DNA of 64,000 bases from the human T2T-CHM13v2.0 reference genome, Homo sapiens (GCF_009914755.1 NC_060934.1), one strand, 5' to 3'. Positions 1 through 13,500 are shown, numbered from the stretch's first letter. A program made the numbers and translations. The notes: generated by a model not told the origin, from the sequence alone.

Positions 1-93
1 GAACTCCTGACCTCAGGTGATCCGCCCACCTCAGCCTCCCAAAGTGCTCCCAAAGTACTCCCAAAGTACAGGCATGAGCCACCACACCCAGCC
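1..93 (-). mobile_element. Alu (AluS-type), 5' part of left monomer; the rest lies outside the window
   Basis: GAACTCCTGACCTCAGGTGATCCGCCCACCTCAGCCTCCCAAAGTG...CAGGCATGAGCCACCACACCCAGCC is the reverse complement of the Alu 5' end. Confidence 0.95.
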
Positions 94-99
94 AGCAAA

Positions 100-960
100 T
101 AAAAAATTTTTAAAAAAGATAATATGATAGGGAAATTATTTCTTTTTGTAAAAGCAGTGCAAAGTCAGTAAACTCTAGGTATAAAAATATAAGATAGTAT
201 AAGATGCTGCAGCAACTGTATGATTAAAACTATGAAGCTATGTTTTGGGCTGTGTGTGTGTGAGACAGAGAGAGCAACAGAAAGAGAGGAAAGAAAAGAG
301 AGAGAGAGAAAGACAGAGAAGAAGGTTCCTGCCATGCTCCTTATTTGAAAATCATGTCATATGACAAAGTGTAGTTTAAATTATACTGCCTAGAACTCTT
401 TATTCAGTATGATCCAATATCAAATTATCAATATTATAAAGAAGGAAATGCTTGCTAAAGTGATTGGTAAATTCAATACAGTTTTCATTAAAAATATATT
501 TTGGAAAGGGTTTGAACTATTTTAAAATTCTTCAGAATAAACACCTGAGAAAACCAGAACAAAAACCAGTACCTATGAACAATAGAAAATAAAGAAGACA
601 TTTTAACTAAGTAAGAAAATAATGCATTATTTAATATTGGGCTAGCTCTCTAACCATATGGAAATGAAAGTATAAAATTCAATTATTTTTCTTACAATTC
701 ACACAAAATAAATTTTAGAGGATTAAAGTTTTACATATGATACAATGACAAAGTAATATAAGTAAACCAAACAATCAAAAATATAATCTTATTGGATGGA
801 AAGCATACTTACACATGATACAAATGTTAGAATTATTATAGAAATGATTATAAATAAACAGAAAGTGAAATGGGATAAGTTGTTCAACCTCACTGTAGCG
901 AAGAAAATGCAAACTAAAGGATGCTAATTACTCAGAAATTGAAATTTATCACCATTCATT
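100..960 (+). mobile_element. Highly degraded ancient L1 (L1M-type) ORF2 3' region
   Basis: A-rich, with residual L1 motifs such as CACACAAAATAAATTTTAGAGGATTAAAG and CAACCTCACTGTAGCGAAGAAAATGCAAACTAAA; boundaries approximate. Confidence 0.5.
250..321. repeat. (TG)n followed by degenerate (GA)n simple repeat
   Basis: TGTGTGTGTGTGAGACAGAGAGAG...GAGAGAGAGAGAAAGACAGAGAAG. Confidence 0.75.
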
Positions 961-1096
961 AAATTAACACTATTTTCCAGGAGAAGTGACAAATACCAAA
1001 GGTAGGAATATAGGAATGAAGATGTTATAAAGAAAAAAGCCATAACAAACAATCAATTCAGTAATTCATTTTACTTTTCTCTTTTCCTCATGCAAG

Positions 1097-1161
1097 TTCC
1101 CTTTGATGGAAAATTATTGTTGGAGGAATGTGGTATCCTGATCCAAAATGATAATAATGTG
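1097..1161 (+). other. Candidate 65-nt exon (unverified)
   Basis: Pyrimidine tract TTTTACTTTTCTCTTTTCCTCATGCAAG, donor GTG|GTATGC, one open frame (PFDGKLLLEECGILIQNDNNV); no known protein recognised. Confidence 0.25.
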
Positions 1162-2387
1162 GTATGCATATAACTATTTACTTTCTTGTAATGTGTAGCA
1201 AGGTTTGTAGACTGAATTTTAGTTTGTGGAATGAATAAATATCATCTATATGAACATGATTTTTTGAATTATTTTGAAATGTCAGCTCTTAACTGACATA
1301 GCAAGTCATCTCTAAGTAATAAAATTTAATATCAGATTTGATTTCCACTCAGAATTTGTGTGTTTAAGGTTTTCATTGCAAAAAAGATAATATAGCTTTG
1401 CAGAAGTTAGACAGTTATTTCCTATTCAATTGCTTTGATGTGCCTATTTCTTTGAACAAAATCTCTTTTTAAATGCTCTTTTGATATGTGAGCTCATGGT
1501 TGCTCTGAAATTAATCCCAAATGCAAAATGCTCGTGAAGAATTTAGAGTTTGCTAAAAGTAGTTATTTTGATACATTTGTTGATATTTTCTTGATAGGGA
1601 ATGAACCATAATTTACTTTAATTATTTTTACGTGTGAATGTACGAAAGTAAACAGCAGCAACCACCACTTTCTAAAGCAGAAAGTATTTTGTGGCCAGGT
1701 TTTCTCTTGGCTCTTAGGAGGGCCTTCTCGTCTTTATTGTGATGCTGACATGTGATACAGACAATGAAGACTGAAGTGGTCAGCCTGAACAATAACAAAA
1801 ATGACCACAACTAGTCACAGACTTAGAAAACACTTCTTTCACACTTTTGTCTATAAAGATCTGCTTATATTGAATGGAAATGAACCCTAAAAATAGTCTA
1901 GTTTAAGGATAAGGATCACATTTTATAATTTGCTTGAGGTTGGTTGGGCTAGTAGCTAATTTAAATATAGGTCTAAATGTTCTAGTATAACATTGTTTCT
2001 CTTATCCTTTCTGTGGTCTTGCTAGTGGGGATGGAGTGTGGGTAGAGTTATCTTGTAGTTCAGCTATTAGAAAACTGTTTCTTCTTCATCCCAGAATAAA
2101 TCTTCTACATCAAGTAGTACGCTGATTACCTTCTGTAATTAAAGACAAAAATGTATACATGTATTTCCTATTTCATCAGTCAGTTTGACTGATATCTGAC
2201 TCCTTACTTATTAAATGAAGATATTAGCATCCTTAGTCTTTTTTTTAATCTCTCTTCCCTAGGCCCTTCTGTCTTCCCATTTCTGTTGTTTGTTAAGAAC
2301 ACTTAAATATAGTGTCACCATAAATATATTTTTCTTACCTTACTCATAGGTATATTTTGAAATCTAGTACTCTACGAAGACTAATCA

Positions 2388-2489
2388 CCTTAATATGTGG
2401 ATATATTGTGGATATATATATATATGATATATATAAATCCTTATATATATATATAAGGATGATATATATAAATCCTTAATATGTGGATA
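2388..2489. repeat. AT-rich complex repeat: perfect 24-bp palindrome within nested direct repeats
   Basis: ATCCTTATATATATATATAAGGAT (2437-2460) is self-complementary; CCTTAATATGTGGATA at 2388 and 2474; ATGATATATATAAATCCTTA at 2424 and 2459. Confidence 0.9.
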
Positions 2490-3291
2490 CAATGATCCAT
2501 TGTAAAATCAAGTATGAAATTTTGATTATATTTCCTTTCAGTATAGCTTCTTGGATTGTTGGTCCAGCTAGCAACTCTATTAATTCTCTCCCTCCAATAC
2601 TCACAGTGACCAGTTATTTCACCTTGTCTCCTGGAGCACCCATCTATCACACAAACAGATACCTTCTCAATCTGCTGCCTGCATGTCTTCTTGGGATTTA
2701 TCTGCACTGTTTGCCTGGGTTGCGTACTTCATTTTTGGATTTTCTTGCTTTCCTGTTTTTAATTTTGTTTTTCCTCCTTTGGCTAAATAAGGACCATATA
2801 TTCCCTGAGTATTTCTAGAGTGTCTGAAAAATGTCTTTATTCTATGCTCACACTACCAGGATCTTTTAGCATTTTTCTTCACGGGTTCTTTTAATCTAGA
2901 GATTCCTGTTCATCTGCTCTATTAAATACACTTTATTATGGTCTGGATAGTTTTCATCTCTACATTTTATTTTTTCTTTTCTGTTTTCTCATTCTTAAAT
3001 TTCTCTTGGTTGGCTATTGGATCTCCTGGATTGGTTTTCTTAATCTTATTATCTTACCTTTTCCCAGTCTTTGTCCATTTCTTTTATTTATTGAGAAATG
3101 TTCATATATTCCTAGTCTTTTATTTATTCTTTTTATCTTAACTATAACACTGTAAATTCCAAGATATCAGATTTCTCCTTTCCTCAGGAATTTCCATTAC
3201 ATTTTACAGGTGAAATACTTTTTTTGAATGTCTCTAAGGATATTACTGTTGGTAATATAATATTTTCTTATTTTCTATGAATTATCTCTGT

Positions 3292-3317
3292 TCTCTCTCT
3301 CTCTCTCTCTCTCTCTC
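3292..3317. repeat. (TC)13 microsatellite
   Basis: Read directly. Confidence 0.9.
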
Positions 3318-5829
3318 ATCCTCTGTTCATGTTTAAGAGTAAAGTATGAGGAGTTCTTTGAGAACTCTGCGTATGTCCATAGTGCTCCTCACCTTGGAGC
3401 AGGCCTTCATTTTAAGATGCTTGACTTGGAGCTGGTGTCATTTTGGAGGCCCCCAGATACCAGAATGTCACTGGAGTCACACTCTCTCAACAGATGGCCT
3501 TCCAGGCTCCTTTCTAAAGGCGGATGCCTGACCACTGACTGTTGCAAGTCAAGAGTAGGAGAAATGTGTCTAGGAGTACGTATTGTATCTGTCCCCCTCC
3601 CCACTTCATGTGTTCAGTTCCATGTCTTTCTTTCACTTTCACGTGTACTAGGCACGTTTTTAGTCTCAGACTTCTCTGTGGTTTTACTAGGAGAGCTGTC
3701 TCACTTCTCAGTTGTGTCCCACACTGCATTTTTCTCCATCCCAGTTCAATAGTTACCACTCTTCCATGGACATGTGGCCTTCAAGAGTTTATAGAAACTT
3801 TTTATACCCTGATGGTTCTTTATCAACCTCTTGTTTGTCGTAGTGACCTATTTTTTTATACTTACATTTATTTGGTTCCCATGAAGGAAAGAAAATAGAT
3901 GCATGTGGTTAATCCCTCATCCTTAGGCTAGAAGTTACCCCAAGAAATTTTAATTTCCATGTTAATAACCCACCTAGCACCAAGTAATTGTAGAGATTTT
4001 CATCTCTTCAAGAAAACAGATAAAATATTTGTCTCATCTTCTGGCTTTCTGTATGCAGTATATAAAACATTTTTCTTTCACTGATAGCAATTCATGTTAT
4101 TAACTATTTTAATGATATAAAATATCTCACTTTATTTTAAGTAATTTAATTTTATCTCTTTCATCTGATTAAGATAGATTTTCTAGCTTCTTAAGTTGTT
4201 TAATGCAAAGACAAGGCTTTTGACAGAAAATCCATGTCACAGTCTAGGAAATAGCTTTTTTGTGTGTGTACCTACATTTCTGACGTTCAAGTTTGTTCCC
4301 AAATTTAAACTCAACCCTCAAGCAATTTGATTTTTGAACAAAAAGAAATGTTATATGTGTTCTCTTTCTATGTATTTAAGATTCTATACGCTTTAAGAAG
4401 CAATTACTAATAAAACTGAGATTCTAACAGTCAAAATTGTCAGTAGTTTTATCATCATCTTTGTCAGTCTTTGACGACTACAGATGAAAGGCTCCAAATT
4501 GTACTAGATTATTTGTAACATTTTAACCCATAAAGAAAATGGAAATAAATAGTTTGTGAAATATGGTTATCATTACCAACCTATATGTTTTTGCCATTAG
4601 AAGTCATTTTAACTTTTAGTACATAACAACTAGGATATTACATAATTCTCATGTGACTTCTATTCTTTTTACCACCCTAGAATACCTGAAGCACCAGTTC
4701 AAAGGCTGAGTTGTACTTACATATTCTAAATGTTTCCATAGTTCCTGCAAATATTGACTGATATCTTGAGAAAATATACCTTCAAGAGTTTAATCATTTA
4801 CCTTAAATTGAAAATTTGTATTTTAATGGATTCTGGGCTGAATTATGACTGTCGATTTTAAATAACTTTAATTACTTGAATTTAGGAAAATTAATAACAT
4901 AATTTCAATATTAAAAAAATATTTTGAGATATATTTCTCAAGTATAATTTAAGAGTAAAGCAGTTCTTATCACTGTGATATGTGTTTAGGATATGTGTGA
5001 TTCAGATTGCTGATTTTAACAAATAACTATTCTGCACAGTGAAGTAGAAAGCAATAGACTAGGATTAGAAGACTAAATTTTAAACCTCAGCTGTGAAAAA
5101 TCAGAAGTCTAAAAATTACTAGCACAAGTCAAAAAATCAAGCCTTTCTTTTCTCCTAAGTGTGGATTTATGTAATTCTTCCTACATATCTTTTTTTCTCT
5201 ATCTAAATTGTATAAATATAACCAAATATAACATTTTTTGTGTACACGCTCAGACATGTATACCTAATACAGTGTTTAAGACCTGCAAGATTTCATTGAT
5301 GAACAAGTTGCTTTGCTTGATATTAATAAACTTGCCAATTTAGGACGTGATGCAGACCCAGCCCTCATTTCTGTAAGGATTGAATCCTGAGTCTGTAACT
5401 TAGCCAATCATAATGTTATTAAAGTAGAAATATTCTGTACTTAGTGTGGGATATAAGTGTATATAAAGCAACCATGAACTCCACACCTTTAATGAATAGA
5501 ATAAAAATGAGTCATTATATTATTCTTATTTATTTAGTTTTTACATGTACTCTTACTCTCCATTCTGTTTTTTAAATATGAAAATGAAATAGCAGCATGA
5601 CTATGCATAGTATTTCAACTACAATAAATTATAAAAGTGAAAGGCTTACATTTTAATGATTATAATAATTTAGAAAGGCATTTCAAAACTTTCCATTATT
5701 TTCTATTCAAGTACTTTAGTAAAATGGGTGGGTATATCAAGAATCTTAGCAGAGTTTACAAGACACTATTCCTGGTGAAGACCCCTCTTTCCAAAACCCT
5801 GTTGTGAACAAAGTCACGTTCTTACTCAC

Positions 5830-5993
5830 AGCTCTATTCTTGGAAACACATTATTTTGCAAATTCCTAATACGACGATTTTCTAAAACCGTCAACACAAA
5901 CGGACATCCTAGTTTGTACCAGAATATGTCTCCCTCAGGAGGTGGCTTGGGCTTCTCTGCCATGGCTGACAGACATTGTAGAAGCAGAGAGTC
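5830..5993 (-). other. Candidate 164-nt internal exon of a minus-strand transcript
   Basis: Minus-strand acceptor GGGCTTTTCTGTTTTTCTCAG|G and donor GCT|GTGAGTAAG; non-repeat sequence; one frame open throughout. Confidence 0.4.
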
Positions 5994-7164
5994 CTGAGAA
6001 AAACAGAAAAGCCCTCAGATCAGAGGAGGAAAGAAACAAACACTAGGAGGTGTTTTGGCAATTTAAACATATTCCAGGTTAAGCAGCATCAGAATGGACA
6101 CCAGGGTAGACCATAACCTCAGAAGGGCATAGTAGATATGATAGAAATGTAGGCTGAGATTGGAGATAAGGGCTGGCAGGAAACTCATTGTCCTCCTTGG
6201 AGCTAAGTGGAGCAAAAAATGGAACTCTATTTTGGGTGTCTTGGACAAGGAACAGAATACTCAGGAGCTCTAGGGAAAAATGGAATTCGGGTCTCCCCTG
6301 GGGACATTTATCAGAATGAAGAGAAAAAATAAACAGGCAGCTGCATCCTAAAGGTATCAAGTGAGCCTCTGGCATGAACTCCCTGAGAGTTGGTTTAGCA
6401 AAAGTAGTAATAATGTGCAGATTTGTGGGACAAAGCTTTTTGAATTAATGATCCAAGGATTTATCTCTGGCTCCTGGATGGTAATGAAAGATCATGCAAG
6501 TGTCTCAGTACAACCAGCTAGGGTGAGTTAGGATGAAGCAAAGGGTGCCAGGCAGATTAACATTCTGGTATAAATTTGTTATACTTTTATCACCTTCCTT
6601 CTTAAACAAGTTACTAATCTTGGAAAAATTAGAAATAATATGAGATAAAATTTGACATGCTCTTAATGAACTGATCAACTTCAATGATCTAATCGAGTCA
6701 TATGAATGAAGTATTCTTTTTAACGTTAAAAAATGAAATGTTTTCAAGTGATTAAAAATTTAAAAGAAGACATAAAATAAAGCCAGTATTTTATTCTATA
6801 ACCACCTATGTTGGGATGTAAATCATAGGTACTATAGTTGCTGACAAGGGTTCCATTCTGGTGTATGGAAAGGCATCCCACAGTTATAGTCAGGCTCATT
6901 TACTGTGGACTCGTGATGCCCCCAGCAGTCTGGCTGATCTTCAGAAGTGTGGCAATCTGTTCTTATTCCATGTAAGTTTGTCTACCAAGCTGGTTGCCGC
7001 AGAGGGAAAAACATTCTTACTGCTTAGAGGAAAATAAACTTATTCACTTAATTATTCATTCAACACTTACCAAAATTATTAATACTTAATCAGTGCTAAG
7101 TCCTGGATGAGCTATTCCTCATTCAATGAAGAATTGATGAATCACTATGTTATAACATTAGTGG

Positions 7165-7490
7165 CTGACATCAAATTGTCCATCTCAATAGCACTTCAAG
7201 CAAACAAACAATAAAAGTGAGCTCATTATTTTTTTTTCCTCCCAATTCTGTTTCCTTTGACATTTATATCAACATTCACTCTGTTGTCTAAATCAATTTT
7301 GGATTTACCTTTGATTTCTCCCTCTTACTTAACACTCATATTCAAACAAATCTTTGTGCTTTATTTATTCTTCATCTAAAAGTACTTCAAAATCTATTTC
7401 CTTCTTCATTGTCATCTCAGTTTAAACTCTACCATCCTTCCACATGGGATTATGAATATTGTCTCCCAGCCAACTTCTTTGCCTTTCTCT
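7165..7490 (+). mobile_element. L2 fragment (first piece of an interrupted L2)
   Basis: Resembles the L2 ORF2 3' region (TTTGATTTCTCCCTCTTACTTAACACTCATATTCAAACAAATC...ACCATCCTTCCACATGGGATTATGAATA). Confidence 0.65.
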
Positions 7491-7720
7491 TTTGTTGAAT
7501 TAACTTTTGATGTCTACTTTTTTTCAAATTTTGAGGTAAGCTAATTTTATTCTTTTTTAACATAAATTTTATTATGCATATTTGAGGTTTATAACGTGAT
7601 GTTATGGGATACATACAGAGGGTAAAATGGTTACTCTAGTGAAACAGATTAGCAGATCTATCATCTAACATAGTTACTCTGTTTATCTGCTTCTAGGAGT
7701 CAGAAAACATATAGTTACTT

Positions 7721-7756
7721 TTCATTCATTCATTCATTCATTCATTCATTCATTCA
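7721..7756. repeat. (TTCA)9 microsatellite
   Basis: Read directly. Confidence 0.9.
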
Positions 7757-8122
7757 TAATCTACTCATTTAATGAGAATTCTTAGTACAATACAATTTTA
7801 TTAATCATAGTTGTCATGTTGCACATTAGATCTCTAGACTTGCTTAATCCTATATATCTGTCACTTTGTGTCCTTTCCTGTATCTCCCCTTTCCCCACTC
7901 CCTTGTGCCCTTAATAACCACTGTTTTATTCTATATCTCTGTATATTTGTCATCTTTTTTTTCCAAATATTCCACATATAATTGAGATCATGCAATATGT
8001 TTTCTGTCTGTGTTTGGCTTATTTCACTTAACATAAGGTCTTCTGGGGTCATCCATGTCGTAACAAATGGCAACGTCTTCCTTTTAAAGTATTACCCATG
8101 GTTTCCAGTTTGCTTCCATATC

Positions 8123-8422
<300 letters not shown>

Positions 8423-9485
8423 TGTTTCCGTATCTTGGCTATTATGAATAATGTTACAGTGAACATGGAGTGAAGATATCTTTGTGAGGTGGCAATTTCA
8501 TCTCCTTTATGTATATACCTGGAAATGAGATTGCTGAGTCATATGGTTGTTCTGTTTTTAATTTCTTTAGTAACCTCCATACTGTTTTTGATAATGGCTA
8601 TACTAATCTACATTCCCGCCAACTGTGCACTGGGTTCACTTTCCAACTGGGTTCACCTTGCCAACACTTATTGCTTGTCTTTTAGGTCATAGCCATTCTA
8701 CCAGGTGTGATGTGATTATATCCTAGTGATTTTAATTTGCATTTCCTTGATAATAAATGAAAATGAGGCCAAAATGAAATGTTGGGCATTGTTATGTCTT
8801 CTTTGGAGAAATGTCTGTTTAGGTCCTTTGTCCCTTTTTTCCTTGGGTCATTTGATTTTCAGCTATCGGGTTGTAAATGATCTTAATAAATTTTGGATAT
8901 TAATCCCTTATCAGATATATAGCTTGCAAATATTTTTTCCACATTTGTAGATTGCCTTTTCATTTTGTTGATTGTTTCATTTGCTGTGTAGAAGATTTTT
9001 AGTTTAATATAGATCCATTTATTTATTTTTGTTTTTGTAGCTTGAAATTTACTTTTTCCTTTCCAATTTGGATGCTTATTGTTATTATTTTATCATCATT
9101 ATTATCAATTAATTAATTTTCTTATCTTATATCTCTTGCTAGCACTTCCAGTACTATGTTGAATAGAAGTGGCAAGAGTGGGCATCTCTGCCTTGTACCA
9201 GATCTTGATAGAAAAGTTTACAGTTGTTCCCTATTGATTATAATGTTAGCTGTGAGATTTTCATTAATAGCTTTTATTATATGGAGAAACTTTTCTTCTG
9301 TACCAAAACTGTTATGTGTTTTTATCAAGAAAAGATACTGAACTTTGTGACACTTTTTTTCTGCAGCTGTTGAGCTGATCATGCTTTTATTTTTCATTCT
9401 GTTAATGTGATATATCACAGTGACTGATTTGCATATATTAAACTGGCTTTGCATGCCAGGGATATATCACACTTGGTCATCATGT

Positions 9486-9637
9486 ATAATTTTTTTGACG
9501 TGTTGCTAAATTAGTTTTGCTAGTGTTTCATTGAGTATTGTTACATTAATGTTCATTAGACATAATTTTTTTGCTGTGTTGCTGAATTAGTTTTGCTAGT
9601 GTTTTATTGAGTATTTTTACACTAATGTTCATTAGAC
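9486..9637. repeat. 76-bp tandem duplication inside L1 ORF2 remnant
   Basis: ATAATTTTTTTG...GTTCATTAGAC occurs at 9486 and 9562 with a few mismatches. Confidence 0.9.
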
Positions 9638-10232
9638 ATATTGACTTCCAGTTTTCTTTTCCTGTGGGATCTTTCTCTAGCTTAAGTAGAAAGGTAATTC
9701 TAGCCTTGTAAGATGTTTTTGGAACATCCCATTATTTTGGGAAAGAGTTTGAGAAGGATTGGCAATAATTATTTGAATATTTGGCAGAATTCAACCATGA
9801 AGTAATCTGGCTCTAGGCTTTTCTTTGTTTAAAAGTTTTTAATGTCTTCTTCAACCTCTTTATTGTATTATTGGTTTGTTTAAGCTTCCTATTTTGTGTT
9901 GATTCAATCTTGGTAGGCTGTATTTTTTTTCTAGAAATTTGTTCATTTCCTCTAGGTTATCAATATGTTAACATATAATTGTTCACAATAGCCGATTATG
10001 ATCCTTCTTTTTTATTTCTGAGGCATCTGTTATAAGGTCTTCACTTTCATTTCTATTTTATGTACTTGAGTCTTCACTCTTTTTTTCTTAGTCTAGTTAG
10101 ATGTTTTTTGATTTTGTTTACTTTTTCAAAGAAACAACTCTTGGTTTTATTGATTTTTTTGTTTTATTTTTCTGTTCTCTATTTGATTTATGTTCTGATC
10201 CTTTTTATTCCCCAGTTTTATTTTCCTTTTTC

Positions 10233-10543
10233 TTTTTTCTTTTTTTTTTTTTTTTTTTTTGAGATGGAGTCTTACTCTGTCGTCCAGGCTGTTAATGTGG
10301 CATGATCTCAGCTCACTGCAACCTCTGCCTCCTGGTTTCAAGCGATTCTTGTGCATGCCTCAGCCTCCTGAGTAGCTGGGATTATAGGTGCTTGCCACCA
10401 TGCCAGGCTAATTTTTGTATTTTTAGTAGAGACAGAGTTTTGCCATGTTGGCCAGGCTGGTCTTGAACTCCTGACCTCAAGTGATCTGCTGCCTCAGCCT
10501 CTCAAAGTGCTGGGATTATAGGTGTGAGCCACCGTGCCCAGCC
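10233..10543 (-). mobile_element. AluS (Sz/Sx-like)
   Basis: Poly-T, full dimer, CTCCTGACCTCAAGTGATC. Confidence 0.95.
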
Positions 10544-13500
10544 TATTATTTCATTTCTTCTGATAAATTTGGGTTTAGTTTCGCTTCTTCACTGGTTCCT
10601 AGAGGCATAATATAGGGCTATATATTTGGGATCTTTTTTTTTTTTTTAAGTAGGCATTTCTTGCTATAAAGATTCCTCTAGAACTGCTTTTGCTATATCC
10701 CATAGGTTTTTATATGTTGTGTTTCTATTGTCATTTGACTCAATAATTTTTTGTTAAATTCTCTTTTGATTTGTTCTTTGACCAATTGGTTGTTCATGAG
10801 CATGTTGTTTAAATTCTTTATATTTGTGAATTTACCAAGATTCCTTCTGTTATTGATATCTAGTTTCATATACTTATAGTTCAAAATAATACTAGATATG
10901 ATTTCTATCTACTCAAATTTTTTAATACTTGTTTTGTGGCATATATGGTGCATTCTGGGGAATGTTCCATGTGCACAAGAGAAGAATGTATATTCTGCTG
11001 TTGTTGTATGGAAACTTTTATACATGTCTATTAGGTCAATTTGGTCAAAATTGCATTTCAAGTTCTATATTTTCTCATTGATTTTCTAACTGGCTGATCT
11101 ATTATTAATAGTGAGGTATTGGCATCCACTAGTATTATTATACTGTTGAAAGTGAGGTATTGAAGTTCCCTACTATTATTGTATTGTTATCTATTTATTA
11201 TTTTATGTTCATTAATATTGGCTTTATGTGTTTAGGTGCTTTAGTGTTACCCACTCCCCTACAATTTATACTTTTGTTGTCACAATTTACATCTTTTTAT
11301 CATATATTTCTTAATAGCTTATTGTAGCTATAATTGTGACCATTTTGACTTTTAACCTTCATAGTAGACACTTGAAATATTTACACATTGTCATTGCAGT
11401 AATGGAATATTCTGAATTTTACTATAAATTTATTTCTATCAGTGAGTTTTATACTTTTATATATTTCCATTATAGTAATTATAATCCTTTTATTTCCAAT
11501 TGAAAAGCTAAACATTTTTTGTAAGGCAGTTCTATTGGTGATACATCTTCTGACATTTTGCATATCTGAAATAATTTGTTTCTCCTTCATTTTTGAAGAA
11601 CAGCTTTATTGGCTATACCATTTTAGGTTGGCAGTTTTCTTCTTTCAGCACTTTGACTATCTTATCTCATTCTTTTCTGACCTGTGATATTTCTGCTGAG
11701 AAATCACTGATGATCTGATGGGGATTCCCTTTTATGTCACTTGACATTTTCCTCTTGCTGATTTTCCAATTTTCTCTTTGTCTTTGACTTTTGACATTTT
11801 GATTATAATATGCCTCAGTGAGCACCCCTTTGGTAGAATATGCTTGAAGACTTTTGAGCTTCATGGATCTGTATGTTCATATCTCTCACCCAACTTGGGA
11901 AGTCTTTAGCTATTATTTTGTCAAATAAGCTTTATGTGCCTTTTTCCATCTCTTTACCCTCTGAAACTCTCATAATCTGAATATTTATTCACTTAATGGT
12001 GTTTAATAAGTCCCATAGACTTTCTTTTTCTTCACTCTTTTTCATTTTTTTTCTCTCCGGGTTATTTTAAAAGATCTGTTTTCAAGTTCAGACAGACTTT
12101 TTGCTGCTTGATCTAGTCTGCTGTTGACTCTTACATGTACTTCTTATTTCATTCACCACCTTCTTCAACTCGCGTATTTCTGTTTGGTCCTTTCTTATAT
12201 CTATCTCTTTCTTAAATTTCACAATCAGATTATGAATTATTTTCTTGATCTTACTGAATTGTCTATCTGTATCCTCTTGTATATCATGAATTCCCTTTAT
12301 ATGATTATGTATTCATCTTCAGGCAATTTGTAATTTTCATTTATATGGGGTTAGCTACTGAGGAACTGTTGTGTTTCTTTGGTGGTGTCATGTTCCCTTG
12401 CTTTTTCATGTTTCTTGTGTCCCTGTGTTGATATCTGTGCATCTAGAGGAACAGTAACTACTTTTAATTTTATAGATTGTTTTTTGTAGGAAAAAACTTT
12501 CATTTGCAGATGGGTCTTAGGGTGTCATTTGGACAGGGTCCATTGCCTCCAGTTCTGTGTGAGTGCAGTGGTGTAGCCTTTGTGTATCTTCTTCAGCTGT
12601 GATCAACATTATTGATAACTGCAGTTGCCTCAGTGGTCTACACTGTAGGAGTTTGTGGCAGCGTAGTGGCAGGGTAAGTTGTATGGTTCTTGGTGATAAG
12701 GGCTTTAGGGGTCTTCCTGTTTATGTTTACCCACAGTAGAGAGACTCAGCTGAGGGGATCCCTCTTGCTGTCTGGTTTGACATGTCCCATAGGCAGCCAT
12801 AGTGGTGCTGTACTACAAGACACAGGTACTCAGAGTGGCTGTAGAGCTGAGGGCCTGGGCTCAATGTCTTGTTTCATTACTATAACACCTGTGACATTGA
12901 TGCAGGTTCATTCTCTGAGGTGCAGGTGGGTGCTGCAGTCCCACTAAGCTAGGGTGGTGACTCTTAGGCACTCCTCAGTAGCTTGAAACCAAGAGAACAG
13001 GGAGGTAGTTGTGACTCTGGTCCTGGGGATCAAGGTGTAATACTGACATAGCTCTAGGGAAGAATTGGTGTTCTACAGGCTTAGTACTTATGGATCCAGC
13101 CATAGCTGCAATTTAGATCCTGGAAGCAGTGGAGGACAGAGACATTTTGAGCACTGAGAGAGGGGGTACTGTGTAGTGGTGGCTCCGGACCCTGGAGTGC
13201 TAGGACATAGCCGTGGCCAAAGCCCTGCAAGGTTGGCTGCATCAGCAGCAATAACCCAGGAATGTTGGGGCACGGCTGTAGCTTGGACTCCGGGGAGTAG
13301 GGGGCAATACAAAGGTATCTTCATTGCCCATGGAGGTGAGATGCCTCAGCAGTTCAGATTCCAAAAGGCTTGTACAGATTCAGGGAAGCAAGGTGCTGAA
13401 GCTCTTCAGCCCAGAGGACAAGGTAACCCAGCTCAGCCAAGGCTCTTTTTCCCTGGGGGGAAGGGTGCCTGTTAACTCCTGTTCCAGGGAATACAGCTGC

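Larger units (their letters stand above)
2100..3930 (-). mobile_element. Degraded ancient L1/HAL1-like ORF1 and 5' remnant
   Basis: T-rich strand with motifs such as GTGTCTGAAAAATGTCTTTATTCTATGCTCAC, typical of antisense old L1 ORF1; boundaries approximate. Confidence 0.45.

Noticed and set aside
2483-3141. Hydrophobic, membrane-protein-like ORFs
   Set aside because: Phe/Leu bias is an artefact of T-rich antisense L1 sequence.
5946-5963. MAEKPK resembling the GSTA1 N-terminus
   Set aside because: Similarity ends after six codons; no GST sequence follows.
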